Assembly: GCA_043228905.1 (NCBI GenBank)
Contig: JBHGNT010000015.1
Span: 11,966,001 to 12,030,000 of the forward strand
Direction of reading: 5' to 3'
Length of the DNA: 64,000 nucleotides
Source: Azolla caroliniana
Taxonomy: Eukaryota > Plantae > Polypodiophyta
Shown here: piece after piece, positions 37,853 through 51,952 of the stretch
How positions within the stretch are numbered: position 1 is the first letter of the stretch
How the letters are laid out: each line of letters starts with the position of its first letter
Notes under the pieces: generated by a model
The model's input: the letters and a program-made list of their open reading frames with translations, nothing else
Database searches by the model: none
Told to the model about the DNA's origin: nothing
Translations under genes and position numbers: made by a program

Positions 37853-40800
37853 ATGGCCTTTGCCTACCCCCGCTTTAACGGCGAAACCGACGCCGCAACC
37901 CATATTTGCATGTTCCTTAATGTCTGGAATGCGAACCACATGGCGCAAAGCCTTTCGGAGGCGGTAGCGCACCAGTCGAAAATGATGGAGTTCGGGTTAA
38001 CATTGGATGGGCGAGCGGTGTTTTGGCATTCACAGATGGATTTATCAACAATCACAACCTTCGATCAGCTGCAGTCCGCTTTCTTGCGGTTCTTCCATCG
38101 GATGGTTCCACAACGCGAAATCCTCAGACAGTTCTACACGATTAAGCAACTGCCGACCGAGACGATCGTAGATTTCAGTTACGTTTCCAAAATCTACGAC
38201 GGAAACTAGAACGGAGCCCTACAGAGGACGAGGCTCAAGAAACATTTCTGGCAGCATTACGCTGACCCATCCGGGCAACGCTCAACAACAATAGTGTGAA
38301 AGGGGAAACGACGGATATGGTCATTGAACGAGCGTTACAGCTCGAGTTGGACGAGGAGGAGGAAAGGTTTTCTATGTCCTCCTTACGACAAGCGTTACCC
38401 TAGGACGAGGAACGCCAGTTTCGTCAAGAAATCCAGTGCACGATTTGCTTGAACTCGAGGCATTCCGCAGTGGAGTGCAATATGCGAATCCATTGCCCAA
38501 TCTGCCACTCGAAGGCTCACATAGTCGAACAATGCGAATACAATATGTTGAATAGAGCCACTCCCGCAGTCCGCAGCATGGACACCCAGCGTCCACCACG
38601 CCGGACTGAACAAAGGAGGCAAGAAGATCGACCACGGTATGTGGATCGCAACCCATGGGATGACCGACACCACCGGAATTGCCGAAATCACAACGACTCC
38701 GAGGAAGATGAACCAGAGGACGAAGATTATCGTGGACATCCGAGTTATGCTAAAGGGGACCGACGCTACGAGAATCACCGGCCAACAAACAAACGGGGCG
38801 GCTTCAATGGTTATCGTGGTAAGCCGTGGCAATATCGAGATCATCGGCATTACAATGAAAGCTCGGGAGATGAGCGACACCAGGAACAACGACGGGACCA
38901 ACAACAACCACCGCGTGTGTTCCGACAAACAAGGCCGGACCACAAGGAGCAAGTAGCACCAGGGGAGCGGCACACACCACCAGGAGCCGAGAAGGGTGAA
39001 TCAAGCAAACATTGTTTTATTTGTGAGCAGCCTGGACATTATGCCACGCAATGCCCAACACGCAAGGGAAAGGGGCTCGCTGTCAATATGATTACGGCGG
39101 AAGTGCAGCAAGTCACGACACGCCAACAAACAAAAACGGCTAATTGGGCTGCGCAAGACGAGATACGACGACAAGCCCAGGCATGGGTGGAAAAAGCAAA
39201 CGTGACCAATATAGAGCGCATGCGGAAGGAATCCGCAAATGCGAGGGAGCGAGCAGAGGACGAAGGACAGGTCCCGGACCCCATTTGGCAGGCATTAGCG
39301 GGATGCGAGATAACGTTAACCATGGAGAAACTGCTACAACTAGTCCCACGCTTCCGCTAGACCATGGAAGAACGGGTGACAGGCATACCCGGGGTGAGCG
39401 TCGCTACAAACCTTACAGACGTTAGCGATGGACCGCCGGTAGTGGATCAACACAACCCGACTATTACATTAATATTACACGGACAGGAAATTCCTAGAGG
39501 CGTAATCGATGGCGGCTCAGGCGCCAATGTAATTAGCGCAAAAACTTGTGAGTAGTTAGGCATTTCAGAATGGGAGGCTTGCCCATTCTAGCTCCGAATG
39601 GCAGATACCCGCTCACTACGACCATTGGGGTTAATTCGCAAAATAGGCATTACTGTGGGCGGACATCGCCTTGACATCTCGGCAGTCGTCCTCGCCTTGG
39701 ATGCCCCAGGGGCGTACCCAGTGCTTCTGGGCAGACCATGGCTTCGGGCAGCAAATATCAAGCAGAGCTGGCAACACAAGTGTATCAGTTTCCGACACGG
39801 ACGCACCAAGGTTTGCGTACCTACAGAAGGAAGCACTCCACAACCGAAGGCTATAACATCATTTTATGCAGAAGATATAAATATGCTGGCTGGGTGGATT
39901 AGCGTCATATCTAGATGAGCACCCACGGATCATTCCGCTGTTCGAAATCGGGGTCATCGCAACCGCGACAAGATATGCCACGACCACTATTCTCCACGAC
40001 GAGGCTTACGAACCAAACCTAGAGTCCATAGTGGAACTCAATAGAGCACGAGCAACATTCGAAAGGGAAATGGAGATTTCACGACGAGTCACCGCTTCTG
40101 CCTTGGAAGAAGTAAATGTGGGTACGAAGTCGGAACCCCGTTTCCTCTCCATCGCAAAGGAATTAAAGTCGGACCAGAGAAATACGATGATCACACTACT
40201 CACGAAATATAAAGATGTGTTTTCTTGGGCTCACAAGGACATGAAGGGGTTAGATCCCAAGTTCTATCAGCATAAGATCAATTTAGCAACAGACGCAAAA
40301 CCCGTCAAACAGCGCCGCTACCGCATGAACCTGAACTACGCGACCTGCGTGAAAGAAGAAATTGACAAGCTCCTGAAGGCGGGGTTCATACGGCTAGTTA
40401 AACAAGCGACATGGTTAAGTCGATAGTGGTCATTCCAAAGAAAAATGGCAAAATACGGGTATGCGTAGATCACCGAAAATTAAACGCCGTAACCATTACA
40501 GACGCATTTCCGTTACCCTTCACCGATAGCGTACTAGACGCCGTCGCGGGACATGAGATGTACAGTTTTTTGGGTGGCTTCAGTGGGTATAACCAGGTAC
40601 GCATGCATCCCGAAGACCAAGAAAAGACGGCATTTGTCACGGACTGGGGAGTCTATGTGGTAGTTTTCATGATGTTTGAACTAAAGACGACGTTGGCAAC
40701 ATTTCAACGGACAATTACAGAGATCTTTGGGGAATACATTCCGGCGTTCATGCAAGTTTTTTTAGATGACTTTGCGGTATATGGGAGAACAATAGACCAT

Positions 40801-42344
40801 TTTACGCACTTACAACTGTGCCTGGAACATTGCCGCACCGCACGCTTAAGCCTGAATCCTGCGAAATGTACTTTCGGCGTGACCAACGAGACTCTCCTGG
40901 GCCATATATTCAACAAGGAGGGAATAGCGATCGATCTGAACAAGATCTCTGTGATTACACAAGCCAAAACTCCGACAAACGCTAAATCGCTCAGCCGGTT
41001 TTTAGGACAAATACGGTGGCATAGTCGGATGATACGATATTTGGCGGACTTCGCCACGCCGTTACATGCTGTCGTACACCGGTCTCCTTTCCAATGGATT
41101 GCAACGGAGGATAAGGCCTATGAGGCACTTAAGATAATGCACACACAGGACCCCATCGTACAACCCCCAGTTTGGGCGAAGCCATTCCACGTGTTCGTCG
41201 ACGCCTTAGACATAGCAATAGGAAGTGCACTAATGCAGCTCACCGAACCAAACTGGTACCGGCCAATGTACTATGCTAGTCATAAATGATCAACAACAGA
41301 GCGTAACTATTCCACAACGGAGCGGGAGGCGCTAGGGATGATCTATAACATCAATAAATTCCGGCATTATTTACTAGGGAGGAAATTTACGTTCCACGTG
41401 GATCATTCAGCGTTGCTGTATTTGGTGGAGAAACAAGCCTTGACGGGGAAATTGGCGTGATGGATGCTACTGCTCCAAGAATTCGATTTCGTAATCCAAC
41501 ACCGACTAGGGGCACAACATGCAGTGGCGGATTTTTTGAGCAGACTCGAGAATGGAGAAACAGTACAGAAAGATGATGACGATTTTCCGGACGCCGACAT
41601 CCTACGAGTAGCAACACTAGCAGAAAGAATAGAATCGACCTTTCTGGACCGGTGGCTTATGGAAATGACGTACTTTTTGACTACGGGACGACTGCCTCCA
41701 CCACAATTACGCACGGACAAGAAGAAACGACTAGCCATCCGAAGCCGTCACTTCTGCCTTGTAGAAGGAGTTTTATATCACAAAGGAAGTGACGGCATTT
41801 GGCGACATGGGGTACGTCAGGATGAGAAGGAAGCAGTTTTACGGGAGACACACTACGGCACGGTAGGTGGCCATTACGCGGGCGATGTTACAGCCCAGAA
41901 AGTATGGCAGGCGGGCTTATGGTGGCCAACAACGCAAAAGGACGCATCTGAGTATTTGTTGGGATTTCGGTCCCTCCGGATGGGATGTCCGGAGATGAAT
42001 GACGGCAATCCCGGTTACGGTTACGGTTACGATTCCGGATCCGGATGATGAAGACCCCGGCTACGGAGCCGGATGATGAAGACCCCGGCTACGGAGCCGG
42101 ATGATGAAGACCCTGGCTACGGAGCCGGATGATGAAGACCCCGGCTACGGAGCCGGATGACGAATGTACCCGGAGAGAGATCCGGATGCGGGGACATATT
42201 TGTGAATATGTTTGCCAAGGGCCCTTGAGGCTATATTTGTAAATAGCCCGAAAGTCATATGTGTATAAATATGACTTAGGGCAAACAGTTTTATGTTGTT
42301 GCTCATTTTTCTGGTTTTTCACTTAGAGAGAGCTAAGTGAGCAG

Positions 42345-42387
<43 letters not shown>

Positions 42388-45300
42388 GAAGAGGTCGTTG
42401 CCTCTGTGTATTACCGCCGCCTGTGGCGAAGACAGTGAGCTCAAGGTTGTTGCCTTGTAGCTTCACCATTGTACATCTCTGTTTATAGTGATAGTTGGAG
42501 TTTGAGGACTCCCGTGGTTTTTCCCATTTAGGGTTTTCCACGTAAAACATCCCATGTACTCTTCTCTCTATTGTCTTCGTGCATTTTGTATTTCCTGTTT
42601 TCTGTGAGTTGATCCTATTCCTCGGTTGTGGCCGAGCACTGTTTGCAACAAGTGGTATCAGAGCACGGTTAACACAGAAAATGGAAGGCGGCGGTAGTGG
42701 GCCTCCGGGCATGATGGTGTTGAACTCACAGAACTACGCCGACTGGAAGATAAAGATGGAAGACCTTCTCATCTTCCGAGACCTGTACGAACCGATCGAC
42801 AATGCCGAGATACCCAAGGGGGTAATAGAGTCGGAGTGGAAGCTCCTGAACCGGAAAGCCGTAGCGACGATCCGGCAATATGTCGATGTAAGTGTCCTGC
42901 AACATGTGGCGAACGATATGAACGCCTATGAGATGTGGCAGAAGCTGTCCGGACTGTATGAGAGGAAGAATGCTCTGACCCGGACCTCCCTGATGAGGAA
43001 GATAGTGAATCTTAAGTACCGGGACGGCGAGAGCATGGTCGAACACGTCAGCACGTTCATGGGATTTGTGAACCAGCTTGCGGCGATCAAGTTCCCGTTG
43101 GATGACGCAATGCAAGCCATCATGCTGATGTGTACCCTTCCGGAGAGCTGGGAGAACTTGGTAGTTACGCTCAGCACCTCCTGTAAGGAAGAGAACTTGT
43201 CTTTACTAACGGTAAAGACAAGTATTCTAAATGAAGAAGCGCGTCGGAGAGATAAAGAACCGGCCTCCGACTCGAAGGCGCTGCTTACCGAATCGGAACG
43301 GGGAAGACAATGGAACCGGAGTCCGCAAAGACGGGAGAAGTCGGGGACACGGTCGCAGTTGAGGGGAAGACCTACATGCTTCTACTGTGGGAAGCCGGGG
43401 CACTTCCAGAAGAACTATCGGCATTTCCGGAAAGACAACGGAACCGACAGTACTGATTCGAAGAAGTCACCGGAGTGAAACGGTGCATACCAGGGAGCCA
43501 CGGACCGGAGAGGTCCGGATCGGCGAGGTCCGGATCGGCGAGGGCAGGACCGGAAAGGAACGACGGCACTCACGGCAAGTGAAGAAGAGATAATGCTCAT
43601 TACCGAAGAGAGGGAGCTAAACCTTGCCGGTGAAGAGATGACCTGGGTGGTCGATTCCGGAGCATCGTTCCACCTGACCCCGGAGAAGAAATACTTCTCA
43701 TCCTACACAGCCGGTGAGCACGGCTGTGTCCGGATGGGAAATGAAGGTACATGCCGGATTGCCGGCATAGGAGACGTGTGGCTGATGACATCAACCGGAT
43801 GCAAGATGCTGTTGAAGGATGTCCGACACGTTCCGGAGGTTCGATTGAACCTGATTTCGGCCGGGAGGCTAGACGATGAAGGCTACACGGGTAGCATCCG
43901 GAACGGTGTCATGAAGTTCAGCAAAGGGAGCCTGATAGTGGCTCGGGCCCGGAAGGTCAACACACTGTACCTGATGAATTCCCGGCTATGTCCGAAGGAG
44001 CTGAACGTGGCAGCCGACACTGCCGGTGAGCTGTGGCACAAGAGACTATGCCACATGAGTGAGAAGGGGATGAAGAGGCTTGCAGAAGACAACCTTATTC
44101 CAGTGAAGCATGTGCACCTGGAGAAGTGCACCGATTGCCTGGCCGGTAAGCAGAACCGAACCTCCTTCCACTCAAGGCCACCGACGAGACGTAGCGCACC
44201 ATTGGAGTTGGTACACACTGACGTGTGTCAAGTAGAAACGAAGTCACATGGCGGAGCCCAGTACTTCGTGACATTCATTGATGACCACAGCCGGAAGCTG
44301 TGGACGGCACCGTTGAAGACAAAGGACCAAGTGTTGTGCGTCTTCAAAGAACTCCACGCGAGAGTGGAAAGGGAATCCGGCAAGAAGCTGAAAACGATAC
44401 GAGCGGATAACGGAGGGGAATACCGGGGGCAGTTCCAGGAGTACTGTCGCTCGAAGGGAATCCGGCTCGAGTTTACTGTGCCGAAGACGCCGGAACTGAA
44501 CGGGCTGGCCGAGAGGATGAACCGGACCATAATGGAGAGGGTCCGGAGTATGCTGGCGCATGCGAAATTACCCAAGGGGTTTTGGGCTGAGGCAATGTCG
44601 ACGGCGACATACGTGATAAATAGATCACCCTCAATACCTTTGGACGGAGACACGCCGCAGAAAGTGTGGACCGGTAAGGAAGTGTCCTACCGGCATCTGA
44701 AGGTGTTCGGGTGTCTCGCATACGTGCATGTGGCAAAGGACCAGAGAGGAAAGCTAGATCCAAAGACCCGGCCATGCATATTCCTCGATTACGGCGACGA
44801 CGAGTTCGGCTACCGAGTATGGGACCCGGTCGACAAGAAGATATTCAGGAGTCGAGATATCATCTTCATGGAGGACAAGACACTCGCCGACTAGGAGTCG
44901 GAGAAGAAGATGAAGAGCTCCAAGTCAACCGGTGAGGATCAACTCTACGACGAGCAGTCCCGACCGGCAAGGGACCGGTTAGCACTCGAGGATCCGGCCG
45001 AAGACGGTGAAGAAACAGAACCGGCCGAGGAAGATGAAACTGATACCGGAACCGGCCCCGATCCTGAAATGGATTCGGATGAAGAGGAAACGGAGGAGCC
45101 GGTTACCGAAGCTCCGGAACGGAGATATCCTCTAAGAGAGAGAAGGGCCCCCCGGAGATTTCCGGAACCAGAGCACGTGCTGCTAACCGACGAGGGGGAG
45201 CCGGAGAGTTTTGAAGAAACAAAGCTTGACAACCATAGCCACAGGTGGTTAAGTGCCATGCAGGAGGAGATGGATTCCCTGCATGAGAACCACACATATG

Positions 45301-48300
45301 AACTTGTGGAGTTGCCGAAAGGTAAGCGGGCACTTCGAAACAAGTGGGTGTTCAAGCTGAAACCGGGAGATGCCGGAAACCCCCCGAGATACAAAGCCAG
45401 GATCGTGGTGAAGGGGTTCCAGCAGAAGAAGGGCGTCGACTTCGACGAGATATTTGCCCCAGTAGTGAAGATGACCTCCATCCGGACGGTGCTGAGCATA
45501 GCGGCAAGCATGGACCTCGAGGTAGAACAGATGGACGTGAAGACGACATTCCTTCACGGTGACCTCGAAGAAGAGATCTACATGCAGCAACCGGAAGGAT
45601 TCGAGAAGAAAGGGAAGGAGCACCTGGTATGCCGGTTGAAGAAGAGCCTTTACGGACTGAAGCAGGCTCCCCGGCAATGGTACCGGAAGTTCGACTCCTT
45701 CATGACTGACGAAGGGTACCACAAAACGCAGTCCGATCACTGCGTGTTTGTGAAGAAGTTCGAAGGAGGAGACTTTCTAATACTCCTCTTGTACGTGGAC
45801 GACATGTTGATCGTCGGACGGGACCAGGGCAAGATACGGATGCTGAAGAAAGCGCTTCACCGAACCTTCTCAATGAAGGACCTGGGTCCGGCGAGGCAAA
45901 TACTAGGGATGCACATCATCCGGGACCGGAAGAAGAAGCAGTTGTGGCTGTCAGAGGAGAAGTACGTGACAAAGGTGCTTCACCAGTTCAACATGTCGGA
46001 AGCAAGACCGGTCGGGTCAACCCTCCCAGCAAACTGCAAGTTGTCTAGCAAGCAAAGCCCCAAGACAAAGGCTGAGAAAGAGGACATGATGAAAGCACCA
46101 TATGCCTCTGCCGTCGGAAGCTTGATGTACGCAATGGTGTGTACAAGACCGGACATAGGATATGCAGTTGGAGTGGTGAGCCGGTACATGAGCAATCCCG
46201 GCAAAGAACACTGGAACGCGGTCAAGTGGATACTCTGATACCTGAAGGGCACGGCAAACGTGTGCCTCCGATTCGGCTCCGGTAAGCCCGAACTCGACGG
46301 CTTTACCGATTCGGATATGTCGGCTGATGCAGATACCAGCCGGTCCACATCAGGGTATGTGATGATGTATGCAGGGGGAGCTGTTTCGTGGCAGTCGAGG
46401 CTGCAGAAGACGGTTGCGTTGTCAACCACGGAAGCGGAGTACATGGCGGCTGTTGAAGCCGGCAAGGAAATAATATGGATGAAAGACTTCATTAGAGAGC
46501 TCGGTATCCGGCAGGAGGAGTACTGGCTCTACTGCGATAGTCAGAGTGCCATCCACCTTGCGAAGAACGCGGCCTACCATTCCCGGACGAAACACATCCA
46601 GCGTAGATACCACTGGATCCGGGAAAGGATAGAAGACAAGGAGTTCGTGCTGACGAAGATCCACACGGACGAGAACGGGTCGGATATGCTGACCAAGGTT
46701 CTCACACCCGACAAGCTAGAAGCATGCCGGAAGAGGATCGGATTGGAGAGACATCCCATGCCGAAGTGAAGGGGGAGTTTGTTGGGATTTCGGTCCCTCC
46801 GGATGGGATGTCCGGAGATGAATGACGGCAATCCCGGTTACGGTTACGGTTACGATTCCGGATCCAGATGATGAAGACCCCGGCTACGGAGCCGGATGAT
46901 GAAGACCCCGGCTACGGAGCCGGATGATGAAGACCCCGGCTACGGAGCCGGATGACGAATGTACCCAGAGAGAGATCCGGATGCGGGGACATATTTGTGA
47001 ATATGTTTGCCAAGGGCCCTTGAGGCTATATTTGTAAATAGCCCGAAAGTCATATGTGTATAAATATGACTTAGGGCAAACAGTTTTATGTTGTTGCTCA
47101 TTTTTCTGGTTTTTCACTTAGAGAGAGCTAAGTGAGCAGCCGAGAGAGAGAGAGAGAGAGAGAGAGACAAAGTGGTCGTTGCCTCTGTGTATTACCGCCA
47201 CCTGTGGCGAAGACAGTGAGCTCAAGGTTGTTGCCTTGTAGCTTCACCATTGTACATCTCTGTTTATAGTGATAGTTGGAGTTTGAGGACTCTCGTGGTT
47301 TTTCCCATTTAGGGTTTTCCACGTAAAACATCCCGTGTACTCTTCTCTCTATTGTCTTCGTGCATTTTGTATTTCCTGTTTTCTGTGAGTTGATCCTATT
47401 CCTCGGTTGTGGCCGGGCACTGTTTGCAACAGTATGTAGAAAGTGTGATTTGTGTCAACGGATGGGCCAACCCGCGGAGGGCGCAAGGATGCTACACCAG
47501 CCCGTATTACCGCTAGACCCCTTCCAAAAGTGGGGATTGGATTTTATAGGGCCCTTCACATCGGCAGCAGCCCGTACGGGCAATAAATACATATTGGTAG
47601 CTACGGATTATTGCACCAAGTGGGTAGAAGCAAAGGCACTACGTGAAAATACGGCGACCGTCACAACCAGATTCCTTTACGAGCACATCTGGTGCCATTT
47701 TGGCTGTCCGATTGAGCTCATCAGTGACCAGGGGAGTGACTTTCTCAATACGGTGGTTCGGGAACTAACACATCATTACACCATAGTCCATAAAAAGAGT
47801 ATGCTATATTATCCACATGCGAATGGGTTTGCAGAATCCACCAACAAGACGTTGTAGACCATCTTGAAGAAAATCGTCAATGAAAATAGAACGGACTGGG
47901 ATACCAAATTACAGAGTGCGTTATGGGCGTACAGAACCAGCTACAAAACAAGCATACATTCAACACCGTTTCGACTAGCGTTTGGGCTGGAGGCTGTGAT
48001 GCTAGTCGAATTCGAATTCAGGTACGGGATCGACTATCGGAAGCCAAGTCGGAGGAGGTACGGCTCCACCAGCTACTTGAACTCAGGGAAAAACGCGTAC
48101 ACAGCATGGTTGTGTTGGAGTAGGAACAACGACGACGTAAAGCGTTTGTGGATCGACATCGGAATGCAAGAGAAAAGGAGTTTACCGTCGGTCGGGCGGT
48201 GCTGGTTTTTCAAACCCGCATGGGCCATATGCCAGGGAAGTTACGCTTCCGTTTGACCGGCCCATACTGGATAATTGGAACGGAACAAGGCACATTCCAA

Positions 48301-48429
48301 CTAGCTACGCTGGCCGGGGAAGTAGTACGGCAAAAGGTGAATGCGTTTCGCCTTAAACCTTACCTGGGCTCTACGCCACATAACCCATTCACCGCCAAAC
48401 AAGACAAAGACGGAGAACCCGCGGCGTAA
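37853..48429 (+). pseudogene. Gypsy-1 gag-pol: gag with CCHC knuckles, protease (IDGGSGANV), RT (FLDD), RNase H, integrase (split by copia B at 41957-47431)
   Basis: Motifs CFICEQPGHYATQC, KKNGKIRVCVD, LLLQEFDF, GGHYAG...[22 protein letters not shown] and GPY. Many stops. Confidence 0.88.
41957..47431 (+). mobile_element. Full-length Ty1/copia element B inserted in the gypsy-1 integrase
   Basis: LTRs 41957-42650 and 46780-47431, PBS TGGTATCAGAGC at 42653, PPT before 46780. TSD GTATT/GTAT(G). Gag-pol 42681-46769 has three in-frame stops. Confidence 0.95.
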
Positions 48430-48539
48430 ATGGGCGGCCCCACTTGTACCATAATGTAAAAATAGGTTGTATATAACTGTTACAAAAAAAAGAAAAAAAG
48501 AAAAAAGAGAGAGAAGATAGTGACTATTAAAAGGACTAA

Positions 48540-51532
48540 ATGCATGCACAGACTCCTAGTTCAAGAACACGCGGCACCACGATGGCTCACTGCCCAATGA
48601 ACCCTAAGCCACAAAAAGAAGGAAATAGAAGATCTTCTGCACAAAACAAAAACCCACCTTCTAACTATCAGCGCTCCCATCGCTCTTCCCCCTCACCTTC
48701 TCCTCCATCCTATCACAGAGCTCCAGCCCACCGCAACCACCAGTCTCCTTCCCACGCACCTACTTTGGCGATGCCGATCTTCATCTCTACTGCCTTACGT
48801 CGATGGCTCGTGGAGAAACGCCTGGATGGGTACATCCGGGTCGCAGAGGCACCCCCACACACGGATGTCATGGACATTGCCAGGAAACTGAACATTGACA
48901 CGGTCACCAACTCTTCCATCCGGAAAAAGTTGGACTTGTCATCGCTAGGTGAAAGGCATTTCGAAATCCCTCTTGCAGAGGCTCTGCAACGATATTTCGG
49001 GCCATACTCCTCTGCCAAGGCCTATAGAACGAAGCAGATCCTGGATCCCTTCTTTCATGAAGTTGCCAAGTTCCTATTAGAGGTCGGCTGTGTACATGTC
49101 AATGCATATGGGATGCCCAAGCAGAAGGCAGGCATCATTATCGATACCTTTGAAGGAGTGTGGTCGACTGGGGAGTCATCACAGGGCCGACGTTATGGGA
49201 AGGACTGCATGCGTATCAGGCAGGAAAAAAGCTCAGGCCGATCATACAATAGTACCTTACGGTACTATTCCCACCCCGCGGCCGACTAGCACCACAACCC
49301 AGCCGACCCACGCCCCCGCCCCGATCCGCGAAACGTAGGTTAGCGGAGTTAGCGGCTCCAGAGTGGGAAGAGGAACCCCAACCCGCCCAGCCAGACACGC
49401 GGACAACACCTCCCGCCCAGCCAGACACACAGACAACGCAGGAGGAACAACCGACAGGTTCCGTGGCAGCAGCCCCAGAGCCCGACACCGAAACACGGTA
49501 GGATAGCCCCAAACCAAAACGACGTAGATTGGACAGGAAAGATGGGTGGGGATTGGTCAAAGACGTCCCCACGATGGCAGAAACAACGACTGACGGCGAT
49601 GGCTCCGCAACTATGGAGCACAATACCACCTTCGAAATCATCCGAGAGCCATGGCCGATCATTACGACCCAGTCCTAACGAGGGAAAGCCATATTGATGG
49701 CGGAAAGCGAGGTGTTGGCATATCTAGATATCCCGGATACGGCCCATGAGTTCAACGCCCTCTTACAATTCGGAACCTCTTTTGAGATCATGGAATTCCT
49801 GGCAACACAACAGATAAAAGCCTCCCAACAAATGGCCGAGGAGCACGCAGAACACCAGATGATCAAGCGCGCCCTGACACAAACGGCGAAGAGCGACGAT
49901 GAGGACCGGCTAGCCAGGGTCGGTAGACAGAGGAACGCCGGGGTACGCCGAGTAGGGATGGAGCTACCCCCATTAAACATGGCCCTAGTCGAAGTTCATA
50001 GGGAATTGGCAAAGGTCAGCATGGGTGCCAAGGAGATGGCCATTAAAAATAAGAATGTCTGGAAGAAGGTGAAAATGACCCAAGCCGAGCTGCAAAAAGC
50101 CAACAAACGCATCGCGGAGTTGGAAGCTAACGCGACTACGGCGCAACACACAACTCCGCCAGCAAACCACGCCATCGACTCTTTGAAGGAAGAAATTGAG
50201 GCTCAGACCGCCATCGCCTCGAAAGCAAAAAGGGTCGTGCAACTTGCGGAATCAGAAATTGACCGCCTTCGAGCTGAACTGCGCCAATCCTCAGACAGAG
50301 AAAAGGAGATTCGGGCTAACGGCCGGAAGGCAGTAAAAATCCTTGAAGAGAAACTCGCTACAGAGGTAGCTCAGCACATCCGGACAAAAGACGAAAACGC
50401 CCAATTACAGGAGGAAGCGAAGAAATCGGAGGCGGCAATCATAGGACTTCGGGCCTTATTAGAGAAAAAGAAGGTATGGTTCGACGAGCAGCTGGTGGTC
50501 GAATAGGAAAGAAGGCATCAACTCGAAATCCGCCTAAACAATGAAATGGGGAAATTAGAAGAGCAACATGCAAAGGAATCCCAGCTGTGGGCGGCCCTGA
50601 AGGCCACATACGAAGAAGCGGCGGCGGTAAAACAACAAGAAATTGCAAACCTCCAGAAGTCGATGGAGGACGCATGCAACCGTTGTCAGGCCATCACAGA
50701 CAACATGCGTATCCTTCTCCAAACAAATTGGGAGAGGTTCACAGTGCAATTGAAAACGGCGCTGGACAAAGGATGAATGGTGTGGGCAACCCAGGCAACG
50801 GAATTGCATGCATATCGTGCGGACTGGGAGAACCGGCGAAAAGACGACCGAGGTTTCTATAAACTAAATGAGGAGAGCATTGCGGCAGTAGGATAGGACC
50901 TAGCGCAAGACTATCGTGCGCTAGCGGAACAAAACCCCGAAGAACTCGCGCAACTCTTAGACGATTTTGGTGAAAGCCAGGAGGAGCTATTTCACCAGAT
51001 CACACAAGCCGGCAACACGCGAACAAATGAGGAATCCAGCGCGATGCCAATTCCGGGCACGACCGAAGAACAGGATCCTTAGGCCCGATCACCAGAAATT
51101 ACAACGACGGTGAATAGCGCGGACCGACGAGCGGAGTCCCCCACAGTACCAGACAACGAAACCACTACCCAAAAGGAGGTTCATCCGCACGAGCCCACGC
51201 TATCATCGGACCACACGAAGAACGGTGCGGGCCAGGCGGAATCGCAGCCTCACTCCCCGGAACGAACAAATACGGCCAACACCACGGAGGAAGTAACGAT
51301 TGAGACAGAGTTGCGACTGACCGCAAGCACGACGACGGCGGAGCCCAACCCACTAGCTCAAGAAGAGCCCACTGTACCCGGACCGACCACACACGACGAC
51401 TGCGACACCGGGAGAAACCATTCCGACCAAACAGGGGAGCCCCACCATGATGCACCTACGAGCCCTATGTCGCCTCCGGACGCAGACACCGTAGCAGAGC
51501 CAAACATCCGGGCCATTTTGGAAGAAGATTAA
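48540..51532 (+). pseudogene. Gypsy-1 extra 3' ORF (coiled-coil middle, acidic Thr/Pro-rich tail), decayed
   Basis: ORF fragments 48540-49289, 49694-50506, 50546-50776 and 51110-51532 lie between pol and the 3' LTR. Confidence 0.6.
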
Positions 51533-51920
51533 CGGGATGGGTTCGACGTGCCAGGGCACTGTCCCACAGGCGTGCCATGTGTTGTCCACTGGAATAGTAA
51601 CCGACAGACAAGAGCATAGGAATAAGAAATAATATAAGATCATAATGCATGTTGACAGGAACTGTACGCTCCTTCTACGCAACGCTCGGCCACAATCGAG
51701 CTTAGAATCATACACAGAAAAAACGGGAAATAAACACGACACAGAGAAGAGAAGAGTACACAGGATGTTTACGTGGAAAACCCAAAGAGGGAAAAAACCA
51801 GGACAGCCCACAGGTTGCAAACTATCACTATGTTAGAATGTACAACAGTGAGTTCACGGAGGCAACGACCTCGTGCTCACGATCTTCGCCACAGGCGGCG
51901 GTTACAACAGAGGCAACGAC

Positions 51921-51952
<32 letters not shown>

